Source: Candidatus Eiseniibacteriota bacterium (lineage in GTDB: Bacteria; Eisenbacteria; RBG-16-71-46). Taken from it: 57,535 nt of DNA. The DNA is taken from NCBI GenBank assembly GCA_038231135.1, contig JBBRLX010000030.1:1-57535 (forward strand). The letters run 5' to 3'. Positions 37,661 through 49,483 of the stretch are shown here, piece after piece. The translations under genes were made by a program, and so were the position numbers. Position 1 is the stretch's first letter, and each line of letters starts with the position of its first letter. The notes beneath the pieces are model-generated. The model had not been told where the DNA came from. It was given only the letters and a program-made list of their open reading frames with translations, and made no database searches.

Positions 37661-38770
37661 GTGAACTCCCCTCGCTCACGGACGCCCGATCGGGCGCTCG
37701 CCCGCCCCGCCCGCCGCCGTGCGGTCGTGGCGGCGCTGTGGTTCGCCGGTGTCGCCGCGGTCATCGTATTCGCCACTTCCGATCCGCCGCCGGTCACCGC
37801 CGCCGCGCATCCCGCCGCCGACACCACCGGCTCGCTCGCGGACTCCGCGCGCGCCGGCGCCGCGGGCGCGGGTACGCCGGCGCCATCCGATTCGCTGCCG
37901 CGCGATCTGCCGTTCGACATCGTGTCCGATGCCGCGCTGATCGCGAACGGTGTCGCGAGCGGCGAGCTCGTCGAGCCCGCCGGCCTTGCGATCGACGCGT
38001 TCGGCCGCCTGTTCGTGGCGGACGCGGCGCTCCATCGCCTGCAGCGGTTCGACGCCCGCGGCGCCCGCACCGGCGAAGCGGGAGCGCTCGGCAGCGACCT
38101 CGGCCAGTTGCGCCGGCCGGGTTCGGTGGCGCTGCTGGGGACGCTGTCGGTCGCGGTGCTCGACGTCGAGAACCGCCGGGTCGCGCTGTTCGACGTGAAC
38201 GCGCGGCCGCAGGGCATCCTGATCGACTTCGACGATCCCGACCTGCGCTCGGCGCTCGGCCGCATCGAGCCGCGCGGGCTCGCGAGCGACCGCGGGGGCG
38301 CGGTGTACGTGGTCGACGGCGAGCGCGACCGCCTGCTGGTGTTCGACTTCTCGGGCCGCTACACGCGGACCATCGGCGGCTTCGGCGACACCCCCGGCTC
38401 GTTCCGCGAGCTGGCGGCGGTGGCCGCATCGCGCCGCGGTGAGCTCGTGACTGTGGAGCGGGCGCGCCGCCGCGTGCAGCGGCTCGATGCCGCGGGCGCG
38501 CCGGCCGCAGCGTGGACGCTGCCGGGCGCCGCCGAGGCGGGGGCGATGGCGGTGGCGGTCGACGACTCGCTGCGGGTCGCGGTCGCGTCCGAGCGCGCGG
38601 GCACTGTCACGCTGTGGGACCGCGGCGGCCGGCCGCTCGCGGGACTCCGAGGTCTCGATCGTCCGCGCGCGCTGGCGTTCGCTCCCGGCGGCACGCTGGT
38701 GGTCGCCGAAGCCGGCAATGGACGGCTCACCCGGTTCAGGATCGAACCCCGGCCGCACCCGGAGCGCTGA
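37661..38770 (+). CDS. NHL-repeat beta-propeller protein
   Basis: EPAGLAIDAFGRLFVAD, GQLRRP, PRGLASD..VYVVD repeats; N-terminal hydrophobic anchor. Confidence 0.85.
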   Translation: MNSPRSRTPDRALARPARRRAVVAALWFAGVAAVIVFATSDPPPVTAAAHPAADTTGSLADSARAGAAGAGTPAPSDSLPRDLPFDIVSDAALIANGVASGELVEPAGLAIDAFGRLFVADAALHRLQRFDARGARTGEAGALGSDLGQLRRPGSVALLGTLSVAVLDVENRRVALFDVNARPQGILIDFDDPDLRSALGRIEPRGLASDRGGAVYVVDGERDRLLVFDFSGRYTRTIGGFGDTPGSFRELAAVAASRRGELVTVERARRRVQRLDAAGAPAAAWTLPGAAEAGAMAVAVDDSLRVAVASERAGTVTLWDRGGRPLAGLRGLDRPRALAFAPGGTLVVAEAGNGRLTRFRIEPRPHPER

Positions 38771-41700
38771 TGAGCCCCGCCCGCGCGGCGGCTCGAGCGC
38801 TCCTCGCCGCGGCCGCGCTCGCGGCGGCGCTGGGCGTGGCGTCCGCGCTGGCGCCGGGCGCCGCGGGCGCGGCGGGCGACGTCGAGGATCCGTCCTGCGG
38901 CACCGTGCGGTTGCCGCTGTTGCCGAACACGCTGGTGTACGTGCTGCCGCACGGCTGGATCCGGACCGGCACCGACACGCTGCGGGCGGGGGGCACGCTG
39001 TGGCAGCCGGGCGCCGACTACCTGATCGACCGGCTGCGTGGCGAGATCCGCCTGCTGCACCCGCCCGCCGCCGGCGAGACGCTTGTGGTGAGCGCGTGCT
39101 GGCTGCTGCAGCCGCCGCCGCTCAGCGTCCAACTGGTGCCGTGGCGCAGCGTCGTGCCCGGGCACGACAGCACAGCGACCGACTCGGCGTCGCGCACCGG
39201 TGTGCCGTACCGCCCCGCGACCGCGCGCAATCCGGGCGTTAGTCCGGGCGGCAGCTCGCTCACGCTCACCGGCAACAAGACGCTCGCGATCGACTTCGGG
39301 TCGCGCCAGGACGCAGCGCTGCGGCAGTCGCTCGACCTCGCCATCAGCGGTACGCTGGCGCCGGGAGTGGAGCTCACCGGCGTGCTGTCCGACCGCAACA
39401 CGCCGCTGACCGCCGGCGGCACCACGCAGGATCTGCAGTCGCTCGACCAGGTGCTGATCGAGCTCAAGGCGCCGCACGCCACCGCGGCGCTCGGCGACGT
39501 GCCGCTGTCGTGGACCGACGGCGAGTTCGGCCGTCTCGAGCGCCGGCTGCAGGGCGTCCGCGGGGAATGGAACTCGGGTCCGTTCACGGCGGTCGCGGCC
39601 GCCGCCACCCAGCAGGGCGAGTTCCACCGCATCCAGATCTTCGGCGTCGAGGGCAGCCAGGGTCCCTACCTGCTCACCGACGCGGTCGGCACGAGCGGCG
39701 TGCCGGTCGTCGCGGGCAGCGACGTCGTGACGCTCGACGGCTCACGCCTGACGCGCGGCGAGGGCGCGGACTACGCCATCGACTACGAGCGCGGCCGCGT
39801 GACGTTCACGAACCGTCATCCGATCACCGCCGACAGCCGCATCACGTTCGACTACCAGATCGCGTCGACGAGTTTCCGGCGCAATCTCGCCGCCGCCGGT
39901 GCACGCTGGGTCGAGGGGCCGCTCGCGGTGTGGACGCGGGTGATCCAGGAGGGCGACGACCGCGGGCGTCCGCTCGACGTGACGTTCACGGCGGAGGACC
40001 GCGTGCGGCTCGCGCTCGCCGGCGACTCGACCGCGCTCGCAATCGGTTCCGGCGTGACCCCGGGCGGCGGCGACTACGACACCGTGCGCGTGGCGGGCGG
40101 GCTGGCGTACGCCTACGCCGGCCCGGATTCGGCGGGATTCACGGTGCTGTTCGCGCCGGTCGGCGTGGGGCGCGGCGACTACGCCGAGTCCACGCTGGTC
40201 GACGGGCGCAGCGCGTTCCGGTTCGTCGGCCAGGGTGCGGGCAGCTTCCGGGTGGGACGCCCGCTGCCGCTGCCCCAGTCGCATCAGCTCGTGACGGTGG
40301 GAATGAGCTCGACGCGCGGGCCGCTGGCGCTCGATGCCGAAGGCGCGGTCACGCGGCTCGATCGCAACACGTTCTCCGCGTTCGACGACCGCGACAACAC
40401 CGGCGGCGCGGGCCGCGTGCGGCTGTCGATGCAGGGCCGCACCGGCGGCGCGCTCCCCGGCACGGCCGGCTGGCAGCTCGATGCCCGGTCGGTGGAGCGC
40501 AGGTTCGAGCCGTTCACGCCGCTCGAGCTGCCGTTCGCCGAGGAATCGTGGGGGTTGCCGGTGGGTGCCGATCTCGAGCACCAGCGCCGCGCGACGCTGG
40601 CCGCGTGGTTCCGGCCGCGCAGCGGCGGCGAGCTGCGGGTGGACGCCGGGAAGCTCGCGACCGCGGGCGGGTTCGACGCCTGGCGCCGCTCGGCGGCGTG
40701 GACTCGCGACGGGTTCGTCACCACGCGCGCACTGCTCGAGAGCGCGGACGGCAGTCAGCGCGGCGCGGTGTTCGGTGAGGGCGGACGCCGCCACGCCCGG
40801 GGCGAGCTGACGCTGCTCGGCCGCTGGCTGGTGCCCACGCTCCGCGGTGAATGGGACGAGCGCACGAGTCCCGCCGACACCGGCCGCGTGGGGTCGCGGA
40901 TGCGCGACGCGGCCGTCGAGCTGGCCAGCGGCCGCGACGTGCACTGGCACACGCTCGCCGGCTACGACCTGCGCCGCGACGCGCACGCGCTCGGCACCGG
41001 ATTCGAGCAGCCGACGACGTCGCACGCGATGCGGTTCGGGCTCGACAGCCCGGCCGGGCGGCGGCTGTCGCTGGCGCTGCTGTACCAGCATCGCGACGTG
41101 GCGCCGCCCGCGGCCGGCACCCGCACGCGCAGCGACCTCGGCAGCCTGCGCGTCCGCGCCGAGCGCAAGAGCGGCGCGACCGGGACCATGAACGTGGAGG
41201 TCACATCCGAAGGCGAGAGCCGCCGCGTCCGCCAGCTGGTGTTCGTCGGACAGGGCCGCGGCGCCTACGATTCGCTCGGCAACTTCATCGGCACCGGCGA
41301 CTACGACCTGGCCGTGGTGGTGACGCCGGGATTCGACCGCGTGGCGCGGGCCGCCACCAGCGCCCAGGCGGCGCTGCCGTTCGGGAAGTCCGAGCGCTGG
41401 CGCGGCTCGCGGCTCGAGCTGGACTTCGAGACCGACGTGCGGCGCCGCGGCGATCTGCTGGCGCGCGACCCGGTGATCTCGCCGGGGGCGGTCATGGGGG
41501 ACCCGGGGCTCGCGAGTGCCAGCGTCGTGCAGCGCGTGACGGCTGATCTGGCGCCGGGTTCGGCCGGGGCGATCTTCCTGAGGGCCGAGCGGCGCGTGAC
41601 CAGCGACCGGACGTTCGAGAACTTCGCCCAGGTGCTCGACGATCGCACCGCGAATGCGCGCTGGCGCTCGCACCTGTCGCCGGCGCTGAGCTCGGAGTTC

Positions 41701-42153
41701 GAGCTGCACGCGCGGCGCCAGGCGGCGAACCAGCAGCTCGCGGCGGGTGGCGCGTTCGACCGCACGCTCGTCGAAGGCGGCGGCGCGCTGCAGGCGATCT
41801 GGTCGCCCGGTGCCCGGCTGCGCGGCGTGGCGTCGGTCGAGGCCACCTGGTTCCGGCCCGGCGGCACGGACGTGCTCACCCGGGTGTTGCGGCTCGGGCC
41901 CGACCTCGGCGTGTCGATTGGCGCGCGCGGCCGGTTCGAGGGCAGCGTACGGCGCTCGTTCACGTCGGGCCCGGCGACGATCGACCTGCTGCCGACCGCC
42001 GATCCGCTGGGCACGCTGCGCTGGGAGGGCAACGCGCGGATCGACTGGCGCGTCCACGACAGCACGACGTTCGGTACCTCGTTCACGCTGCGCGATCACG
42101 CCGGCCGCCGCACCCAGGTGACCGGCCGCGCCGAACTGCGGGCGTTCTTTTGA
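38770..42153 (+). CDS. Large outer-membrane beta-barrel protein with SprA-like motifs
   Basis: Signal peptide. Two G(A)DYxID..GxI/V motifs. SLDLAISGTL..V.LTGVLSD.N.P....G.TQ.LQ..DQV.IEL segment. Long amphipathic beta-strand region ending ELRAFF. Confidence 0.6.
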   Translation: MSPARAAARALLAAAALAAALGVASALAPGAAGAAGDVEDPSCGTVRLPLLPNTLVYVLPHGWIRTGTDTLRAGGTLWQPGADYLIDRLRGEIRLLHPPAAGETLVVSACWLLQPPPLSVQLVPWRSVVPGHDSTATDSASRTGVPYRPATARNPGVSPGGSSLTLTGNKTLAIDFGSRQDAALRQSLDLAISGTLAPGVELTGVLSDRNTPLTAGGTTQDLQSLDQVLIELKAPHATAALGDVPLSWTDGEFGRLERRLQGVRGEWNSGPFTAVAAAATQQGEFHRIQIFGVEGSQGPYLLTDAVGTSGVPVVAGSDVVTLDGSRLTRGEGADYAIDYERGRVTFTNRHPITADSRITFDYQIASTSFRRNLAAAGARWVEGPLAVWTRVIQEGDDRGRPLDVTFTAEDRVRLALAGDSTALAIGSGVTPGGGDYDTVRVAGGLAYAYAGPDSAGFTVLFAPVGVGRGDYAESTLVDGRSAFRFVGQGAGSFRVGRPLPLPQSHQLVTVGMSSTRGPLALDAEGAVTRLDRNTFSAFDDRDNTGGAGRVRLSMQGRTGGALPGTAGWQLDARSVERRFEPFTPLELPFAEESWGLPVGADLEHQRRATLAAWFRPRSGGELRVDAGKLATAGGFDAWRRSAAWTRDGFVTTRALLESADGSQRGAVFGEGGRRHARGELTLLGRWLVPTLRGEWDERTSPADTGRVGSRMRDAAVELASGRDVHWHTLAGYDLRRDAHALGTGFEQPTTSHAMRFGLDSPAGRRLSLALLYQHRDVAPPAAGTRTRSDLGSLRVRAERKSGATGTMNVEVTSEGESRRVRQLVFVGQGRGAYDSLGNFIGTGDYDLAVVVTPGFDRVARAATSAQAALPFGKSERWRGSRLELDFETDVRRRGDLLARDPVISPGAVMGDPGLASASVVQRVTADLAPGSAGAIFLRAERRVTSDRTFENFAQVLDDRTANARWRSHLSPALSSEFELHARRQAANQQLAAGGAFDRTLVEGGGALQAIWSPGARLRGVASVEATWFRPGGTDVLTRVLRLGPDLGVSIGARGRFEGSVRRSFTSGPATIDLLPTADPLGTLRWEGNARIDWRVHDSTTFGTSFTLRDHAGRRTQVTGRAELRAFF

Positions 42154-43865
42154 GAGCCGCGCGTTGCATCGGAGCGGCCGTGTTGCTCGTGGGCCTGGTG
42201 GGCATGACGCCCGCGTTCGTGGCGCGCGCCCGGGCGGCGGAGCTGTCGCTGCACGGGGACGGCCTCGAGGCGCGCGCGGCGCGTACGGTGCTCGCACCCG
42301 CGCTGGCGGCGCCCGGGGACTCGGCCGCGCTGTCGGCGGCGCTGGGGTCGATCGTCGTGCAACTCGAGGAGCGCGGTCACGCGGCGGCGCGCGCGCGCGG
42401 CCGTTGGATCGGCACCGAGCGGCTCGAGGTCACGATCGCGGCGGGCCCGCGCTCGCGGCTCACGTCGGTGCGGCTGCGCGCGACGCCGGCGGCGGACTCG
42501 GCGCGGTTCGCGGCGGCGCTGGACCTGGCGCCCGGCGGCTGGACCGGCCCGCGCGCCGTGGGCGATGCGGTCGCGAACGCGGTCACGCGGCTGGTGCACG
42601 ACGGCTACGCCCACGCCGAGCTCGGCATCTCGGAATGGGCCGTCGATTCGACCGGCGCCCACGTCACGCTGGGCGGCGTGCTGGGACCGCGCGTCATCGT
42701 GGAGGCCGTGCGGATCGACGGGCTCAAGGTCACGCGGCCGGCGTTCGCGCGCCGCGCGCTGGGGCCGCTGATCGGCCGCCCCTACCGCCCCGAGGCGGAG
42801 GCGCTGGCGCGCGAACGGCTGCTGCAGCTCGGCCTGTTCCGCTCGGTGGAACTGGGCGGCCTCGAGAGCGCGGGCGACTGGAGCCGCGGCACGCTCGTCT
42901 ACCGCGCGGAGGAGCTGCAGTACAACCGGTTCGAGGGCGTGATCGGCACGCAGGGCGGCGCCGGCAGCGGCGGCACGGTGGGCACCGCGAACCTCGAGCT
43001 CGGCAACCTGCTCGGCACCGGGCGCGGTGTCGTGCTGCGCTGGGACGGCCGCGGTCACGGCGCCGACGATCTGACGGCGCGCTACACCGAGCCGCTGGTG
43101 GGCGGGCTGCCGCTGCGTCTCGAGGCGGCGCTCGAGCAGGAGGTGCGCGATTCGACCTACACGAGCACGCGCTGGGGCGCCCGCGCGCACTGGGCGCTCA
43201 CCGTCGAGGACGGCGTCGAGTTCGGTCTCGAGGAGCAGCGCGTGGTGGAGGGTGGCGTGGGTGCGCTGGAGTCACGGCTCGAGAACACCGTGTTCGGGCT
43301 CGAACGCACCACGTTCGACGACGCCCTGAGCCCGCGGCGCGGACTGCAGGTGCACGTCGAGGGCACGCAGTCGTTCAAGCGCGAGGCGCTGCCGGCGGGC
43401 AATCATACCGCGCGGGCCAGCGCGGTCGAGGGCGGCGCGGAGTGGATCCGGCCGCTGCGGCCGTCGAGCGGCGTGTCGCTCGACCTGCGCGGCGCCGGCC
43501 GCTTCAGCTCGGAGCCGGTGCTGCCGGTGTTCGAACGCTACCCGCTCGGCGGCGCCGCATCGTTGCGCGGCTTCGACGAGGAGGCGTTCCGGGTCGACCA
43601 CTACGCGCTGTCGCGGCTCGAGTGGCGGTGGTACGTGGGGAGCCCGCGCCAGCGCGTGTACCTGTTCTGGGACCACGCCTGGGCCGAGACCCGCGTCGCC
43701 ACGCTGGAAGGCGGCACGCGATGGGATACTCTGCAGAAGGACGGTGTCGGCTTCGGGCTCAGGCTCGACACCGCGGCCGGGCTCGCGGGCATCGACTACG
43801 GCCTCGAGCCGGGCCGCGCGCCGCTCGACGGCAAGATCCACCTGCGCCTCATCTCGAATTTCTAG
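42150..43865 (+). CDS. Omp85 (BamA/TamA-like) protein with POTRA domains
   Basis: DGYAHA, LLQLGLFRSV (POTRA), NLLGTGR, LGGAASLRGF loop-6 motif, GVGFGLR, C-terminal Phe. TTGA overlap. Confidence 0.88.
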   Translation: MRAARCIGAAVLLVGLVGMTPAFVARARAAELSLHGDGLEARAARTVLAPALAAPGDSAALSAALGSIVVQLEERGHAAARARGRWIGTERLEVTIAAGPRSRLTSVRLRATPAADSARFAAALDLAPGGWTGPRAVGDAVANAVTRLVHDGYAHAELGISEWAVDSTGAHVTLGGVLGPRVIVEAVRIDGLKVTRPAFARRALGPLIGRPYRPEAEALARERLLQLGLFRSVELGGLESAGDWSRGTLVYRAEELQYNRFEGVIGTQGGAGSGGTVGTANLELGNLLGTGRGVVLRWDGRGHGADDLTARYTEPLVGGLPLRLEAALEQEVRDSTYTSTRWGARAHWALTVEDGVEFGLEEQRVVEGGVGALESRLENTVFGLERTTFDDALSPRRGLQVHVEGTQSFKREALPAGNHTARASAVEGGAEWIRPLRPSSGVSLDLRGAGRFSSEPVLPVFERYPLGGAASLRGFDEEAFRVDHYALSRLEWRWYVGSPRQRVYLFWDHAWAETRVATLEGGTRWDTLQKDGVGFGLRLDTAAGLAGIDYGLEPGRAPLDGKIHLRLISNF

Positions 43866-43944
43866 CGGTCGTCGGCCCGTCCCGCAGGCGGGGCGTGACG
43901 TTGCGACGACACGGACACAGGCCCGGCGGCCGGGAAGGCTCCTC

Positions 43945-46194
43945 GTGCGGAAATTGTCGGATCGGGTGGGCGCACTGCTCGAGCCGGGATCGGAGTTCGC
44001 TCACCGCTTCGCGAGCCGGTTCGCGCAGCGGACGGCGGGCGCCCGCACGGCCGCCGGGGACGTGATGATCGCCGCGGTGCCCGTCCACGCTCCGTCCGGG
44101 GCCGCGGAGCCGCCCGGCGACGACGCCGACCCGACGCCCGCACTCACCTACGAGGACCGTCCCGGCCAGCGCGAGCTCGCGATCCAGATCGCCGACACGC
44201 TCGAGCAGGGCGGCGTGCTGGTGGCGGAGGCGCCGACCGGCATCGGCAAGTCGCTCGCCTACCTGCTGCCGAGCGTGCTGCTCGCCGCCGAGCGCCACGC
44301 GCGCGTGGTGATCGCCACCTGCAGCCGCTCGCTGCAAGACCAGCTGTTCGAGCGCGACCTGCCGGCGGTGCTCGACAGCCTCGGTGTCGAGCTCGCCTGC
44401 GTGCGGCTCAAGGGCAAGCAGAACTACGTGTGCCCGCACGCGCTCGAGCTCGAAGGCGGCGAGGGCGCCGAGGAGCGCGAGGTGCTGCAGCAGCTCAAGG
44501 ACTGGGCGCGCGGCGACGGCGACGGGGACCTCGACCGGTTCACCTGCGACGACCCCGAGGCGTTCCGGCGCGTACGGGCGCGGGTGTGCGCCGATCCCGG
44601 CGCCTGCACGCCCGCCACCTGCCGGCGTGGCCGCGAATGCTTCTGGCTCAAGGCGCGGCGCGAGGCGGCGCAGGCGCGGATCCTCGTGGTGAACCACGCG
44701 CTGCTCGCGATCTCGGGCGAGGTCGAGGGGCTGCTGCCGGAGTTCGACGCGCTGATCGTGGACGAGGCGCACCGGCTCGAGGGCGTGCTGCTCGGCCAGC
44801 TCGCCCGGCGTGTGTCGCTGCACCGCGTCGAGGAGCTGCTGCGGCTGATCGGCAGCGGCCGCACCTCGTCGCGGCGCGGCGGCGGTCTCGCGGCCCGGCT
44901 GCGCAGCTTCGCGCTGCCGCTGTTCGCGCGCGGCACCGCCGACGTCGAGCGCGGCCGGAAGTTCGCCGAGGACGTGGACGGGCTGGTCGACCGCGCGGCC
45001 GAGACCCGCGACGCCGCCGAGGAGCTGTTCGGGCTGCTGGCGCCCCGCGAGGTGCGCCACGAGCTGTACGGCGCACGCGAGCGCTACCGGTCGTCGGCCG
45101 AGCTGCTGGGCCCGCACGTCCAGGCGCTCGAGACCGTGCACGACCACTGCACGGTGTTTGCGCGCACCCTGCATCGGTTCGCGGTCGACATCACGGGTGC
45201 GGCACCGGGCGCCGCGGCCGAGGAGCTGGCGGGCGAGCTGGAGCAGGTCGGCGGCCGCTGGGCGCTGCTGGCGCAGGACCTGACCGAGCTGGGCAATCCG
45301 TCGCGCAAGGACTGGGTCTACTGGCGCACGTCGAGCACCCGCGGCGGCGTGGAGCTGCACGGCGCGCCGGTCGAGGTCGGGCCGCATGCGCGGCGGCTGG
45401 TGTTCGGCCGCGTCGCGGCCACCGTGCTCACGTCGGCCACGCTCTCGGCCGGCGGCGACGTGCGGTTCGTCGCCGACCGGCTCGGGCTCGGCGAGACGTG
45501 GGGCGTGCCGTTCCAGTCCGAGATCCACCCGTCGCCGTTCGCGCTCGAGCGCCAGATGCGCGTGTGCGTGTACGACGGCGGCGCGGACGAGGCGCAATCG
45601 GTGGCAAAGCTGGTCGTCGAGCTGCATCGCGCGGCGCGGCGCAACATGCTCGTGCTGTTCACCGCGCACGAGCGGCTGCGGCGGGCGCGGCTGCTGCTGC
45701 TGGACCAGCTGCCGGCGGACGGCGTGATGCTGGCGCAGGACTGGGACGGCACCGCGAGCGTGCTGAGCGACCGGTTTCGCGCCGCGCGGGGCGCAATCTT
45801 GCTCGGCGTCCAGAGCCTGTGGGAAGGTGTCGACTTTCCGGGTGGTGCGCTCGAGATCCTCGTGGTCGCGAAGCTGCCGTTCTCGGTGCCGGGGGAGCCG
45901 TGGGTCGAAGCCCGCGGCGAGCGGTTGCGGGAGCAGGGACGCGATCCGTTCCGCGACGATGCGGTGCCCGAGGCGGTGCTGCGGTTCCGGCAGGGTGTGG
46001 GGCGGCTGATCCGGCGGGCGAACGACCGTGGAGTGCTGGTGGTGTGCGATCCGCGGCTGGTGGCCGCGGGTTACCGGCACCCGTTCCTCGACGCGTTGCC
46101 GGCGCCGCCGGAGCGCTGGCGCGACGCGGCGCCACTCGCCGCCGCCGCGGCCCGGTTTCTGAATCAGGACACGATGCCGAGGGAGGGGACGTGA
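43945..46194 (+). CDS. DinG/YoaA-family helicase
   Basis: EDRPGQ, EAPTGIGKS, LKGKQNYVC, VNHAL, DEAH, LTSATL, WEGVDFPG, QGVGRLIR. Start uncertain. Confidence 0.92.
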   Translation: MRKLSDRVGALLEPGSEFAHRFASRFAQRTAGARTAAGDVMIAAVPVHAPSGAAEPPGDDADPTPALTYEDRPGQRELAIQIADTLEQGGVLVAEAPTGIGKSLAYLLPSVLLAAERHARVVIATCSRSLQDQLFERDLPAVLDSLGVELACVRLKGKQNYVCPHALELEGGEGAEEREVLQQLKDWARGDGDGDLDRFTCDDPEAFRRVRARVCADPGACTPATCRRGRECFWLKARREAAQARILVVNHALLAISGEVEGLLPEFDALIVDEAHRLEGVLLGQLARRVSLHRVEELLRLIGSGRTSSRRGGGLAARLRSFALPLFARGTADVERGRKFAEDVDGLVDRAAETRDAAEELFGLLAPREVRHELYGARERYRSSAELLGPHVQALETVHDHCTVFARTLHRFAVDITGAAPGAAAEELAGELEQVGGRWALLAQDLTELGNPSRKDWVYWRTSSTRGGVELHGAPVEVGPHARRLVFGRVAATVLTSATLSAGGDVRFVADRLGLGETWGVPFQSEIHPSPFALERQMRVCVYDGGADEAQSVAKLVVELHRAARRNMLVLFTAHERLRRARLLLLDQLPADGVMLAQDWDGTASVLSDRFRAARGAILLGVQSLWEGVDFPGGALEILVVAKLPFSVPGEPWVEARGERLREQGRDPFRDDAVPEAVLRFRQGVGRLIRRANDRGVLVVCDPRLVAAGYRHPFLDALPAPPERWRDAAPLAAAAARFLNQDTMPREGT

Positions 46195-47704
46195 TCGAGC
46201 TGGGCAGCCGGCCTCTCACGCTGGACGATGTGGCGAGGGTGGCCGCGGGCGACACGCCGGTGACGCTGGCGCCCGGCGCGCGCGCGCGCATGGCCGCGAG
46301 CCGGGCCGTGGTCGAGCGCGCGGTCGCGGACCAGCGCGTGGTATACGGCGTCACCACCGGGTTCGGCGAGCTCAAGGACCGCCGCATCGCCCCCGAGCAG
46401 GTGCGCACGCTGCAGCAGAACCTGCTGCGGTCGCACTCGGCCGGCGTCGGGCCGGACACGCCGCGCGACGCGGTGCGAGCGATGCTGCTGCTGCGCGCCG
46501 CCTCGCTCGCGCACGGCCATTCCGGCTGCCGCACCGACGTGGTGGACGGCCTGCTGGCGCTGCTCGAGCGCGACGTGGTGCCGGTGGTGCCACAGCAGGG
46601 CTCGGTCGGCGCGTCGGGCGACCTGCAGCCGCTCGCGCACCTGGCGTCGGTGCTCACCGGCGAGGGCGAGGCGTGGCTGGGCGGCCAGCGCATGCCGGCG
46701 TCGCTGGCGCTGCGCGGCGCCGGTCTCCAGCCGCTGGCGCTCGAGGCCAAGGAGGGGCTTGCGCTCATCAACGGCACCCAGTTCTCGACCGCGATCGCCG
46801 TGCTCGCGTGCGTCGAGGCCCGCCGGGTGTGGGAGGCGGCCGTCGCCGCCGCGGCGCTGTCGACCGAGGTGCTGCTCGGCTCGTTCGCCCCCGCGCGCGC
46901 CGACGTGATGGCACTGCGCCCGTATCCGGGCGCGCTCGAAGCGGCGCGCCGGCTGCGCGCCTATGCCCAGGGCAGCGCTCTCGTGGTGTCGCACGCGAAC
47001 TGCGACCGCGTGCAGGATCCCTACAGCTCGCGCTGCGTGCCGCAGGTGATGGGTGCGGCGTGGGACGCGATCCTGCACGTGGCGGCGCAGCTCGAGGTCG
47101 AGTGCAATTCCGTGAACGACAACCCGGTGGTGTTCGCGGCCGGCGACGAGGTGGTGTCGGCGGGGCTGTTCCACGCCCAGCCGGTGGCGATGGCCGCCGA
47201 CTATCTCAAGATCGCGCTGGCGACGGTCGCGAGCCTGAGCGAACGGCGCGTGGACCGGCTGGTGCGCGGCCACGAGTCCGGGCTGCCGGTCGTGCTCGCG
47301 ACCGATCCCGGCCTCGAGTCCGGCTTCATGATGGCGCAGTACACGGCGGCGGCGCTGGTGTCCGAGAACAAGGTGCTGGCGCACCCGTCGAGCGTCGATT
47401 CGATCCCGACCGGCGGCGGCATGGAGGATCACGTGAGCATGGCGCCCGCGGCCGCGCGCCACGCGCGCGCGGTGACGGGTCACGCGGCGCGGGTGGTGGC
47501 GCTCGAGTTGATGTGCGCGTGCCGGGCGCTCGAGTTCCGCCGCCCGCTCAAGGCCGGCGAGGGCTCCGAGATGCTGTACGGCGCCGTGCGCCGGCTGATC
47601 CCGGAGCCCGACGGCGATCGCCCGCTCGGCGACAGCTGTGAAACGCTGGCGCGCTGGGTGCTGTCGCACGGGCCGGAACGGCTCGCGGACGAGGTGCTCA
47701 AGCC

Positions 47705-47708
<4 letters not shown>
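46191..47708 (+). CDS. hutH: Histidine ammonia-lyase
   Basis: [18 protein letters not shown] (MIO-forming ASG), [26 protein letters not shown] overlap. Confidence 0.96.
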
Positions 47709-49479
<1,771 letters not shown>

Positions 49480-49483
<4 letters not shown>

